Shown: piece by piece, positions 48,548 to 57,117 of the stretch
Layout: each line of letters starts with the position of its first letter
Position numbering within the stretch: position 1 is the stretch's first letter
Assembly (NCBI GenBank): GCA_043803685.1
Contig: JAZDJU010000072.1
Coordinates: 28,889-92,888, forward strand
Length of the DNA stretch: 64,000 nucleotides
Direction: 5' to 3'
Origin: Candidatus Omnitrophota bacterium
GTDB taxonomy: Bacteria; Omnitrophota; Omnitrophia; Omnitrophales; Aquincolibacteriaceae
Made by a program: the position numbers and the translations under genes
Notes under the pieces: generated by a model
What the model was told of the DNA's origin: nothing
Databases searched by the model: none
The model's input: the letters and a program-made list of their open reading frames with translations, nothing else

Positions 48548-49947
48548 AGGTCCTTTTCTTGAATCCTCCTTTCGGATCGAACCGTCCGGAAGGTCTCGAC
48601 GCGCCGATGGGTATCATGTATCTGGGCGCCGTACTGAAACAGGCGGGCCATGTGTGTCTCTTCGTGGATCACGTGTGGGAGGCGCAGGATGACTGGCGGA
48701 AGTGGGAGTCGGTGATCTCGGTGAAACCCGACCTCGTGCTCATCAACACCCAGATCCGTTTCAGCAGCGAAACTCACGAAGCGGTGCGAAGGCTCCGGTT
48801 GCAGCATCCCACGCTTCCGGCTATTGCGTTCGGGCCTCAGGCTTCGACGGAGTCTTCCCGGTTGCTGAAGGAAATGGGTTTTGATGCTTGCATTGTTGGC
48901 GAGCCTGAAGAAGTGATCTTCGATATCTTAAAAGATATTGCGGAGCAAAAACCCCTTTTGGCGCGGCCGGGTATCGCGACCTTGAAGAATACAGATCCGG
49001 GGTCTGCACCGAGGGTGGATGTCGAGAAATTGCCGTTGCCTGATTGGGATCTGGCGGAATACGGGCGCTATATTCAAGCGACTCATAATGCTGTTTTTAT
49101 GGCTTCACGGGGACTGGATCACGACGATGGGTTCAATCAGCCGCCTCTTATCCACGCGACGAAACCGGCTCGGCGTCTTAGCGTCGAGCGTGTGATGCGC
49201 GAGCTCAAGCGTCTGCGCGAATGTTTCCCCGGAAGCTACATGCTTCTGTTTCATGATGAGGTCTTTACGGAAGACCGGGAATGGGCGGTCCGCTTGTGCG
49301 TTGAACTCAAAAAAGCCGCGCTCGGGGTTCCTTACTGGTGTTTCACCCGTCCCGATCTTGTGGACGAGGATCTTTGCCGATTGATGCGTGAAAGCGGTTT
49401 TGTCGGCGTGAGCATGGGAATGGAAAGCGCGTCCGATCGGGTTCTGAAAATGCTCGGAAGAAAAATGACTGTCGCTCAGATCGAGAAAGGGTTTCGTGTG
49501 GCACAAAGCGCGGGGCTTCTCACGACAGGCTCTGTGATGATCGGCAATCCCGGGTGTTCGGCTGGGGAACCTGACGAGAGTCCGGAGGAACTTGAGGCGA
49601 CGGTTCGCCTGGTGGCACGTTTGCACCCGGACGTTCTCACCGTGACGCTCATGACTCCGCTTCCGGGAACCCCAGTCTATGAAGCTGTGAAGAACAAGCT
49701 CCTCGCAAAGTCGCCTGGAGAATTCAATTATTATCATGTTTGGCCGGGGAAATATCCCGTACGTCTCGACGGGATCACGGCGGAGGACCTCACGAAGACT
49801 GTGGGGGATATTCGTGGCGTGTGGAAACGCGGGCTTTGGAAGACTGCGCTCAGGATGTTGGCCCTTGCCATTTCGAACGGGCCATTCCGTCGCACTTTGT
49901 TCAACCAGGTCCTCAAAGTATTGAAGCGCAAGGTTCTGCCCGCGTAA
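48544..49947 (+). CDS. Cobalamin-binding radical-SAM-fold protein lacking CxxxCxxC
   Basis: LNPP, PMGIMYL, GEPE, HDEVF, GMESAS present; SRGLDHDDGFN replaces SRGCxxxCxxC. Confidence 0.85.
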   Translation: MKVLFLNPPFGSNRPEGLDAPMGIMYLGAVLKQAGHVCLFVDHVWEAQDDWRKWESVISVKPDLVLINTQIRFSSETHEAVRRLRLQHPTLPAIAFGPQASTESSRLLKEMGFDACIVGEPEEVIFDILKDIAEQKPLLARPGIATLKNTDPGSAPRVDVEKLPLPDWDLAEYGRYIQATHNAVFMASRGLDHDDGFNQPPLIHATKPARRLSVERVMRELKRLRECFPGSYMLLFHDEVFTEDREWAVRLCVELKKAALGVPYWCFTRPDLVDEDLCRLMRESGFVGVSMGMESASDRVLKMLGRKMTVAQIEKGFRVAQSAGLLTTGSVMIGNPGCSAGEPDESPEELEATVRLVARLHPDVLTVTLMTPLPGTPVYEAVKNKLLAKSPGEFNYYHVWPGKYPVRLDGITAEDLTKTVGDIRGVWKRGLWKTALRMLALAISNGPFRRTLFNQVLKVLKRKVLPA

Positions 49948-49965
49948 CGGGAGAAAATTCAATTT

Positions 49966-50973
49966 ATGGATATATCGGTTTGTATCGTCACTTATAACGC
50001 CGCGGAACATATTGGCGCTTGTCTGAGATCGATCCTCGATTTGGCGCCCCACGGCGGCAAGACGGAGGTCCTCGTGATCGATGGATGCTCCACGGATGAT
50101 ACCGCGAAGATAGTCCGCGATTTTGGATCGAGCGTTCGGCTTGTCGAAAATCCGAAGAGAACGATCGCTTCGAACAGGAATGTGGCTATTCGCGAGGCCC
50201 TCTATCCCTATATTGCTTTTACGGATTCGGACTGCACCGTGCCACCCAACTGGATTAGAACGCTTTCGGAATCTTTTGAGGAGATCCAAAAAAATGATAC
50301 TCGCTTAGCCGGGGTGGGCGGCGGGAACATAACCCCTTCTGCGAAAAGTCCGTTTCAGACCGCTCTTGGCATAGCGCTTGATTCGTTCCTCGGAAGTCTT
50401 GGGTCTGTGCAGGGTAAGATCTTCCGTGCGCGGCGCCGGGTGCCAAGCATCGCGTGCCTGAATGCCCTCTATTCGCGCGCCGCCCTGGAATCAGCCGGTG
50501 GATTCGATGAATCATTAGAAAATATGTGCGAAGATGCGGATATGAACTATCGTTTGAACAAAAAAGGATGTGGATTGTATTTTGTTCCAGGGGCTCTCGT
50601 GGAGCATCGCGCGAGGCAGTCGCTTCGATCCTGGTGCGTCAATATGTATCACTATGGGATCGGTAGGGCTAAGATCATGCGTAAGCACCGAACGCTGTTC
50701 TCTCCGGCGCACACGGCAGCACTTCTTTTCCTTCCCCTCTTGCTTGCCGCGAGTTTTCTGGGTATTTTTTGGACGTCTTTTTTTCTCGTGTGGTTGTACC
50801 TTCCGCTGATTCTGATCTCGGGGATCTTTTTAGCCATGAAGAAGCACGCTGCTTTAGGCCCGCGTGTGGGTCTCATCCTGCTCGGCACCCATTTTTGTTA
50901 TGCCGCGGGTCTCGTGCGGGGGTTTGTCCGGGGTTATTCGGGTTTTTCTTCCACCTGTGAGACGAAGGGATAA
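49966..50973 (+). CDS. Glycosyltransferase family 2 with C-terminal TM helices
   Basis: ISVCIVTYN, DGCSTD, RN, FTDSDC, EDADM. Confidence 0.92.
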   Translation: MDISVCIVTYNAAEHIGACLRSILDLAPHGGKTEVLVIDGCSTDDTAKIVRDFGSSVRLVENPKRTIASNRNVAIREALYPYIAFTDSDCTVPPNWIRTLSESFEEIQKNDTRLAGVGGGNITPSAKSPFQTALGIALDSFLGSLGSVQGKIFRARRRVPSIACLNALYSRAALESAGGFDESLENMCEDADMNYRLNKKGCGLYFVPGALVEHRARQSLRSWCVNMYHYGIGRAKIMRKHRTLFSPAHTAALLFLPLLLAASFLGIFWTSFFLVWLYLPLILISGIFLAMKKHAALGPRVGLILLGTHFCYAAGLVRGFVRGYSGFSSTCETKG

Positions 50974-50981
50974 ATGCGTTC

Positions 50982-51416
50982 ATGTTCGTCAAACAGCATA
51001 TTCTTGTGGGAACGGTGGCTGCGTCGGTTGTGAGCTGGTACGCATCGCCGCAAGCAGGTCTTTCTTTGCTGGCAGGAAGTACACTCATTGATGCGGACCA
51101 TTATTTCTGGTACGCCGCAAAATTCAAAGACGGGTCCCTTCACCGTGCGATGAAGTTCTTTGAAGCGAAAGAAGCGGATCACTACTATTGTTTGTGTGTC
51201 CTTCATACAATCGAGGCGATAGCCGTTTATATAGCAGGCGTGCTTATGACACACGGTACGGTATTCTGGGTTTTTGCTGGGTGTCTGTTGCATATGGTGT
51301 TCGATGTAGCTCAGAGCCTCCTGGACGGAGGCCTTTTAAAGAGAAAATGGAGTTTGATCCGCGCGCTCTTTTTTCGCAATGTGGATCCTCTCCAGAGGAA
51401 AACAGAAAATGGATGA
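50982..51416 (+). CDS. Membrane protein resembling membrane-bound metal-dependent hydrolases
   Basis: H...IDADH...LHTIE...LHMVFD within hydrophobic helices. Confidence 0.6.
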   Translation: MFVKQHILVGTVAASVVSWYASPQAGLSLLAGSTLIDADHYFWYAAKFKDGSLHRAMKFFEAKEADHYYCLCVLHTIEAIAVYIAGVLMTHGTVFWVFAGCLLHMVFDVAQSLLDGGLLKRKWSLIRALFFRNVDPLQRKTENG

Positions 51417-52131
51417 TACGAGCCGTTCTCATGCGTTGGTGTTGATCCCGGCCTATAATGAGGCTTCCCGGATCAAAGGTCTCATCGAGAATATCCGGCG
51501 TGTGGCGCCTGAAATGTCCGTGCTTGTGGTGAATGACGGTTCCAAAGACCCGACGGCAAGCGTGGCTCGCGCGGCCGGGGCCGTGGTTGTGACCCACCCG
51601 TTCAACATGGGCTATGGCGCGACCATCCAGACCGGCTACAAATATGCTTTGGCGCACGGTTTTAATTATCTCGTCCAACTTGATGCCGATGGCCAGCACG
51701 ATCCGGCCTGTATTCCGGGGCTGCTCGCTCCGGTGATCGCCGGGAAGACCGATGTGGCGATCGGTTCGCGTTTTCTGGGGACGAGTTATCAGCCGCCGCT
51801 TGTGCGTCGGTTGGGGATGGCGCTTTTCCGGCGGATCGTGTTCCTGGTGACGGGACAATTCATCACGGATACGACTTCCGGATATCAGGCGTTCAATCAA
51901 GACGTCTTGAAGTTCTTTTGCAAGGATATCTTTCCGGTCGATTTCCCGGACGCCGATATGCTGATCACACTCCACCGCGCGGGATTCCGCATGCTTGAAG
52001 TCCCTGTCCGGATGTTCGAGAATAGAGAAGGGAAGTCCATGCACGGCGGGCTCAAGCCGGTCTATTACATGTTCAAGATGCTGCTTTCCATTGGAGTGAC
52101 GCTTCTGAGAGCTAAAGGAAAAAATCCGTGA
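51409..52131 (+). CDS. Glycosyltransferase family 2 (polyprenol-P-sugar synthase-like)
   Basis: IPAYNE, NDGSKD, LDADGQH, GSRF, DTTSGY. Confidence 0.92.
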   Translation: MDDTSRSHALVLIPAYNEASRIKGLIENIRRVAPEMSVLVVNDGSKDPTASVARAAGAVVVTHPFNMGYGATIQTGYKYALAHGFNYLVQLDADGQHDPACIPGLLAPVIAGKTDVAIGSRFLGTSYQPPLVRRLGMALFRRIVFLVTGQFITDTTSGYQAFNQDVLKFFCKDIFPVDFPDADMLITLHRAGFRMLEVPVRMFENREGKSMHGGLKPVYYMFKMLLSIGVTLLRAKGKNP

Positions 52132-52182
52132 GAGGTTCTGCCGTTGTGTGCCGCCCAGGCCATGACAGAAAACGAGGGGATC

Positions 52183-52563
52183 ATGCTTGAGCACCAGAAA
52201 AATTTTGCCCTATTCATTTGTTGTTTGGTTTTTTTGTATACCGTGAACCTTGTGAGACGGCGGAAGCTTCGCGAGGAGTACTCGGTGCTTTGGCTTGTCA
52301 CGAGTGTGCTGATGTTCATGCTGGTTCTGCGTTACGAATGGCTCGAGACCCTCACGCGTCTCATCGGCGCAGGTCTTCCGACCACGACGCTCTTTATTTG
52401 TTCGATCATCTTCCTTATGTTGATCGCGGTCCAGTTCTCGATCAAACTGTCCAACCTGACGAACCAGGTCAAGAACCTTGCCCAGGAAAATGCTCTGCTT
52501 CGGGGAGAAATAGGCGGGAGCGGGGAAGAAAAGAAATCTAACTGCGGGTCCCCCCGGAAATAA
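52183..52563 (+). CDS. DUF2304-family membrane protein
   Basis: RRRKLREEYSVLW, three TM helices, KNLAQE; usual position after a DPM1-like GT2. Confidence 0.82.
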   Translation: MLEHQKNFALFICCLVFLYTVNLVRRRKLREEYSVLWLVTSVLMFMLVLRYEWLETLTRLIGAGLPTTTLFICSIIFLMLIAVQFSIKLSNLTNQVKNLAQENALLRGEIGGSGEEKKSNCGSPRK

Positions 52564-52605
52564 AACCTGACTTCGGGGTGCTTGCTTTAGAACCTTCAGG
52601 CTTTC

Positions 52606-53769
52606 CTAAAAAATCGAAAGGTCCAGGAAGTAAGAGTTGGCTTCTTCCTGCGAGACCACGCCCCTGTCAACAGCTTCTCTGAGAGCGTCATTGCGCCCCA
52701 AGAAGCCCTGGTTGCGGTTCATGCTCATAAAATTGTAGATCTGGATGGTCTGGTTCTCGCGGATCATGTTCCGGATCGGGATTGTGACCGGCATTGTTTC
52801 GAAGATCGCGACGCGTCCGGGACTTGATTTTCTCTTGAGCAGGACCTGGGAAACGACGGCCTGAAGCGTCATGGCGAGCTGAAATCTTATCTGGGCCTGT
52901 TGGTTCGGGGGAAAGACGTCGACCAAGCGGTCGACTGCCTGGACGGAATCATTGGTGTGAAGCGTGGCAAATACGAGGTGGCCGGTTTCTGCCGCGGTCA
53001 GGGCCATCGAGATGCTTTCCAGATCGCGCATTTCCTCGACCACGAGCACGTCCGGGTCTTCCCGGAGTGCCACACGAAGAGCGCTCGCGAAAGAGGTCGC
53101 GTCATCCCCGATCTCGCGCTGGCTGATCAGGCAGGTTTTGTTCTTGTGGATGTATTCGATAGGTTCGGAGAGCGTGATGATGTGGGCGTTCTTGAAATTG
53201 TTCATGTGGTTAATAAGAGCCGCCATCGTTGTGGTTTTACCGCAACCGGTGCCGCCGGTGAGCAGCACTAGCCCGTGGGGTAAGGCCGTCAGCCTTTCCA
53301 TCATGGGAGGAAGCCCGAGCAGCTCCATCGTGGGAGGATTCAGCGGATTGAGGCGAAGCGCCGCGCTCAAGTGGTTTCGCTGGTAAAAAAAATTAATACG
53401 GAAACGACAGGGAGTGTCCGGGATTGTGATAGAACAATCCACTTGCCGGTTCGTTTCAAGATATTCTTGTTGCTTCCGGTTGAGGAGCACTTCGACGCAG
53501 GCGGACATCAAAGCATCCGTGACGGGTTTTGCTTGTGAGAATGCCGAGAGAGTGCCGTCGACGCGGAAGATCGGTAAGCTCCCTACCTGAAAATGGATGT
53601 CGGATACATTCCGGGTTGCGGCGCTTTTAAAGATGTGCAGCACCTTGTCCCAGCTTGCATGGGCAGACATGGGGGGTTCGGAAGAAGGAGGGGGCGTGCC
53701 ACCGGCCGGATCTTTTCGAGCATTTTTATGGTTCTGCTCCTCAATAATAAAAAATTCATTGTCCGTCAT
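52606..53769 (-). CDS. pilT: Type IV pilus retraction ATPase (PilT/PilU family)
   Basis: SDIH, RFRINFF, GGTGCGKTTT, QREIG, LREDPDV, AETGHLVFATLH, IRNMIRE. Confidence 0.88.
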   Translation of the reverse strand: MTDNEFFIIEEQNHKNARKDPAGGTPPPSSEPPMSAHASWDKVLHIFKSAATRNVSDIHFQVGSLPIFRVDGTLSAFSQAKPVTDALMSACVEVLLNRKQQEYLETNRQVDCSITIPDTPCRFRINFFYQRNHLSAALRLNPLNPPTMELLGLPPMMERLTALPHGLVLLTGGTGCGKTTTMAALINHMNNFKNAHIITLSEPIEYIHKNKTCLISQREIGDDATSFASALRVALREDPDVLVVEEMRDLESISMALTAAETGHLVFATLHTNDSVQAVDRLVDVFPPNQQAQIRFQLAMTLQAVVSQVLLKRKSSPGRVAIFETMPVTIPIRNMIRENQTIQIYNFMSMNRNQGFLGRNDALREAVDRGVVSQEEANSYFLDLSIF

Positions 53770-53959
53770 GAATATCCCCCAGGATTTTTTAGTTTCACGC
53801 CGAATGGAAAAGATCTGAACGCGAAAAGTATATCCGCAGGCAGAACCGTTTGGAAGCTTTTTATCAGGGATGGATTTGTATTGCATCATGCCGGTCCTTT
53901 CGGTATTTTAGCCTTAGAATTGGAACGGTTTTTTCAGAGTGCTATCCAAGGAGGGCGCT

Positions 53960-54646
53960 ATGGGAGCTTATGAATATACGATGGGGAGAGCGCTGGATCT
54001 CAGGGCTGAGCAGGAGAAGACGCTTGCGACGCCCAAGCTTCCGGCGAACCTGATATTGAAATTCATGTTCTGGCAATTCGACGTGCTTTACGGGAAAGCG
54101 CGTTCACTCCCGAAGGTGATGGTGCTTGAGATCCTGGCCCGCTATCCCTACTGGGCCTGGGAGAATGGCGCCTATCATTATCTTTCCAAGCTTTACAGTG
54201 GCACAAAAAAAGTCGCCGCTGAAAAAGTCGAGACGGCGCTCCGCCACATCCAGATGGGTCGCGAGTCCCAGGACAACGAACAGTGGCATATGCTTCTCTG
54301 GGCGGACCTTTGCCATCAGAAGGAGATCCGTTTGGGGAAAATCCGGCATTTTCTGATCCCCAGGTCCATGACACTCGTCTATTTTTTCATCACGCGTATT
54401 ATGTATTGGCTCAACCCTGTCTGGTCGTTCGCGATGAACGCCGCCTTCGAGTCCCACGCCGAGCATGAATACATGCTTTACGCGAAGGAGCATCCTGAGT
54501 TCGAGCAGACGCCCGTGGATTCCGTATGGTTCAAATATTATCCCAAACAAAAATCCCTGGCAGACCTTGTGCGTCGCGTGGGTTTGGATGAGCGTGACCA
54601 TATGAACCACTCATTGGAAGAAGTCGAGAGATTACGGAAGTGGTAA
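53960..54646 (+). CDS. Alternative-oxidase/PTOX-like di-iron protein
   Basis: LEILARYPY, ESQDNEQWH, FESHAEHEY, DERDH ferritin-like ligand set. Confidence 0.75.
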   Translation: MGAYEYTMGRALDLRAEQEKTLATPKLPANLILKFMFWQFDVLYGKARSLPKVMVLEILARYPYWAWENGAYHYLSKLYSGTKKVAAEKVETALRHIQMGRESQDNEQWHMLLWADLCHQKEIRLGKIRHFLIPRSMTLVYFFITRIMYWLNPVWSFAMNAAFESHAEHEYMLYAKEHPEFEQTPVDSVWFKYYPKQKSLADLVRRVGLDERDHMNHSLEEVERLRKW

Positions 54647-54688
54647 TGATTCACTGGCAATTTCCACATTTTGAAGAGTAGCACGTGG

Positions 54689-55048
54689 AGAATTTCCAAG
54701 GATCCTGAAGCGCGCTCCGAAGGTCAAGCGGGCACGGTGCCCTTGAGGTCTTGGTTTCGGCACCGGCGGTGCTCGAATCCAGCGATTCTCGCTCGCACTG
54801 AACGACCCATAAGAATTTATAGGAAGTTTAGTGCGGCACTCGCTTTCAATACAATTTTTTATAGAGAGCCAGTGCCGCCTGCGGCCTCATCCCGCAAATT
54901 CCCCCTTTCAATACGGGGGAAACCCTGCTTTGCGGGATTCCGGCAGCTGCCTCCGTCAAGACCTCAGGGCGAGCGAGACCGTAGATGCGAGTGAAGTTTT
55001 CCCTCGCTGGGGGAAAACGAACGGCGATGAAGGGTTCTTGGAAATTCT
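54689..55048 (+). ncRNA. Unassigned ~360-nt structured non-coding element
   Basis: 18-bp closing helix with two G-U pairs, at least 6 internal stems and a possible pseudoknot. Confidence 0.55.
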
Positions 55049-55060
55049 GTGACCGTTACT

Positions 55061-55102
55061 CTAGTACCGTGTCAATTTTGAAATTAGGGTACACGGTACT
55101 AG
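55061..55102 (+). repeat. CTAG-bounded 42-bp palindromic element
   Basis: CTAGTACCGTGT-CAATTTTGAAATTAGGGT-ACACGGTACTAG. Confidence 0.8.
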
Positions 55103-55130
55103 AGAAAAGCAGGAATTGACAGGTAATGAT

Positions 55131-56288
55131 TCAGGATTCAGTTCGCTCGTAAAGAGAAAGATCGGGAGCGGGAAGCTTGAGGTCGGGGAAGCGTCGCGCG
55201 ATGCTTTCGTGGAACAGATAATCGAGGTGGCCGTTATTTTCGGGGGCCTTCCCCAGGACGTCCCGCCAAACAGTTGTGTTCTCCATACAGAAATAGATAA
55301 AGACGTCCTTCCAACGCTTCCGGATCCCGGAAACAATGTGCTGGTAAATCTTCACTCGTTCCGGACGGAAATAGCGAATCTTCCCGTCGAGCCCCTTGAC
55401 GAATTCCGCGGTCGTGATCTTCGTTGCCGGGAAACGTGCTTCGATGATCTTTTTAAGCGAAGGCGGATAACGCAAACTGCCCAGGCTGATCCACATCACT
55501 TCGTTCTCCGGGACAGAAGCGGTCAGCTTTTCAAGGAGACTCGCATACTCTTCTTTCCATCCCGGGAGCATGAGCAGGGGGTCGAAATGGAATCCGAGGC
55601 GGTAGCCTTTCCTGAGGACCTTTCGCGCGGCCCTGAGTCGTGCCTCCAGGGACGCGGCTTTGTGTTCTTCCGTCCGGATGAACGCGTCGGGATTGAGCGA
55701 CCAGGAAACGAGGACGTTCTTTTTCGGGATCTCCGGTAGATGATCGATCGCGGCGGTCTTGGTCTTGATCTCAAGGATCATTTTCTTGCCCAGAGCGTGA
55801 CGAATCAGGCTCTTATTGAGTCCCGTCAGGCGGTCGAGCGCGAGGCTATCAGTCAGTTCTCCCGTGCCCATCCGGAAAAGTCGCCGGGGCTGGCTTTTGA
55901 TCAGAGCATCGATCTCGCGGGTGATATTCTGAATGTTCACATAGATCGTGATGAGCGGGACGTTCAGGAAATTTTGAAGGATGCAATAGGTGCAGTCGAG
56001 CGGGCAGTGGGTTTGCGCGTTGAGGGTCCTGTAGCGGCAGCAAAGATAATCCGTTCCTGTGGCAGGACACGGTTTGAGAAAGGCACCCTTGAAGTTCGTG
56101 AGCCAGAGACTTCTCTTCCCACGGGTGAGCGGTGTTTTTTCGATTTCCTTTAAGAAGACATCCTTGTTTTTTACGATGGTGACCGGGACCCTCCGAAGGC
56201 TTTTCAGAATGCGCTGTGCCAGGGGTGCCCGTGCGGCATTTTTATCCAGGTAAATATGATCGATCTTGGGGATCTGCTTTGAGCTCAT
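55131..56288 (-). CDS. Spore photoproduct lyase-family radical SAM protein
   Basis: CPLDCTYCILQ, RMGTGELTDSL, EIKTK, SWSLNP, FHFDP, YFCME. Confidence 0.85.
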   Translation of the reverse strand: MSSKQIPKIDHIYLDKNAARAPLAQRILKSLRRVPVTIVKNKDVFLKEIEKTPLTRGKRSLWLTNFKGAFLKPCPATGTDYLCCRYRTLNAQTHCPLDCTYCILQNFLNVPLITIYVNIQNITREIDALIKSQPRRLFRMGTGELTDSLALDRLTGLNKSLIRHALGKKMILEIKTKTAAIDHLPEIPKKNVLVSWSLNPDAFIRTEEHKAASLEARLRAARKVLRKGYRLGFHFDPLLMLPGWKEEYASLLEKLTASVPENEVMWISLGSLRYPPSLKKIIEARFPATKITTAEFVKGLDGKIRYFRPERVKIYQHIVSGIRKRWKDVFIYFCMENTTVWRDVLGKAPENNGHLDYLFHESIARRFPDLKLPAPDLSLYERTES

Positions 56289-56430
56289 GGCGCATTCTAC
56301 CCCGCATGTCTCATTCCCATAAAGAGAAATGCGAAAGAGGGTGTATTGGTTTCTGATGTGTAAAGAAGAAAAATTATTGAAGAAACGGCGAAATCGTTGA
56401 TACTTATCGAAAGAAAGGAATCTTTAACCT

Positions 56431-56874
56431 GTGCGTATTCGTTTTTCCATGGCTTGGCTCAAATCCGGGCAAGCTCCGGCGAAAGGTTTTAAATCTTCCG
56501 CGGCTTTTTCTCTGCTCAGGGACTATGCCGAGAGGATCGGACATTTCCTGCCTTGCGAGACTGGCGCTTATCCTTCGAAGACCAAGTCCTGCATCTGGGT
56601 GTGCGAGCGAGGGAAGAAGAGTCGGACGGTTTCTTCCGAGGAGCTGGCGAAGGAGCTCCAGAAATGCATGAACTCCGGCGTTCAGGTCCTGGAGGTCGTA
56701 GTCGGCGGGCCGGATGGATTTGCGGACCACGCGCTGGATGAGATGAAGCCTTCTTTCCGCTGGAGCTTTGGTCCCATGACGCTGCCGCATGAGCTTGCCG
56801 CCGTCGTCGCCTCCGAGCAAGTTTACCGCGCGCTCACCATTCTTCACCGCCATCCCTACCACTCTGGGCACTGA
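56431..56874 (+). CDS. rlmH: 23S rRNA (pseudouridine1915-N3)-methyltransferase
   Basis: GGPDGF, SFGPMTLPHELA..V..EQVYRALTIL..HPYH. Confidence 0.9.
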   Translation: MRIRFSMAWLKSGQAPAKGFKSSAAFSLLRDYAERIGHFLPCETGAYPSKTKSCIWVCERGKKSRTVSSEELAKELQKCMNSGVQVLEVVVGGPDGFADHALDEMKPSFRWSFGPMTLPHELAAVVASEQVYRALTILHRHPYHSGH

Positions 56875-56950
56875 CACTGTGTCAGATTTAAATCTATGGG
56901 TTCACAGTACTGTGCCGTGTACCCTAAATTCAAAATTGACACGGTACTAG
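56871..56950. repeat. Inverted pair of the CTAG palindromic element
   Basis: Degenerate + copy at 56871-56910 starts at the rlmH stop; the reverse complement of 56912-56950 matches the 55061 copy at 37/39. Confidence 0.78.
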
Positions 56951-57117
56951 CTAAGCCCCTTTTCAGCTTTGTTTTGATGCTCCGTGTTATGAATCGATCA
57001 AAATGTTATATATTGCTATAACCATTTTAGCTGAAGACATTGTAAAAGCATTTTTCTCATGCTACGTTTAGGAGTGGAACTCAAAGTTATATTGAAAAGG
57101 ATTGAAAGCGTGAAACC

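Noticed and set aside
54683..55048. tmRNA, RNase P or SRP identity for the structured element
   Set aside because: CTGGATTCGA and CTCCAC occur on the minus strand, but there is no T-arm/CCA end, no GAGGAAAGTCC and no SRP domain IV motif.
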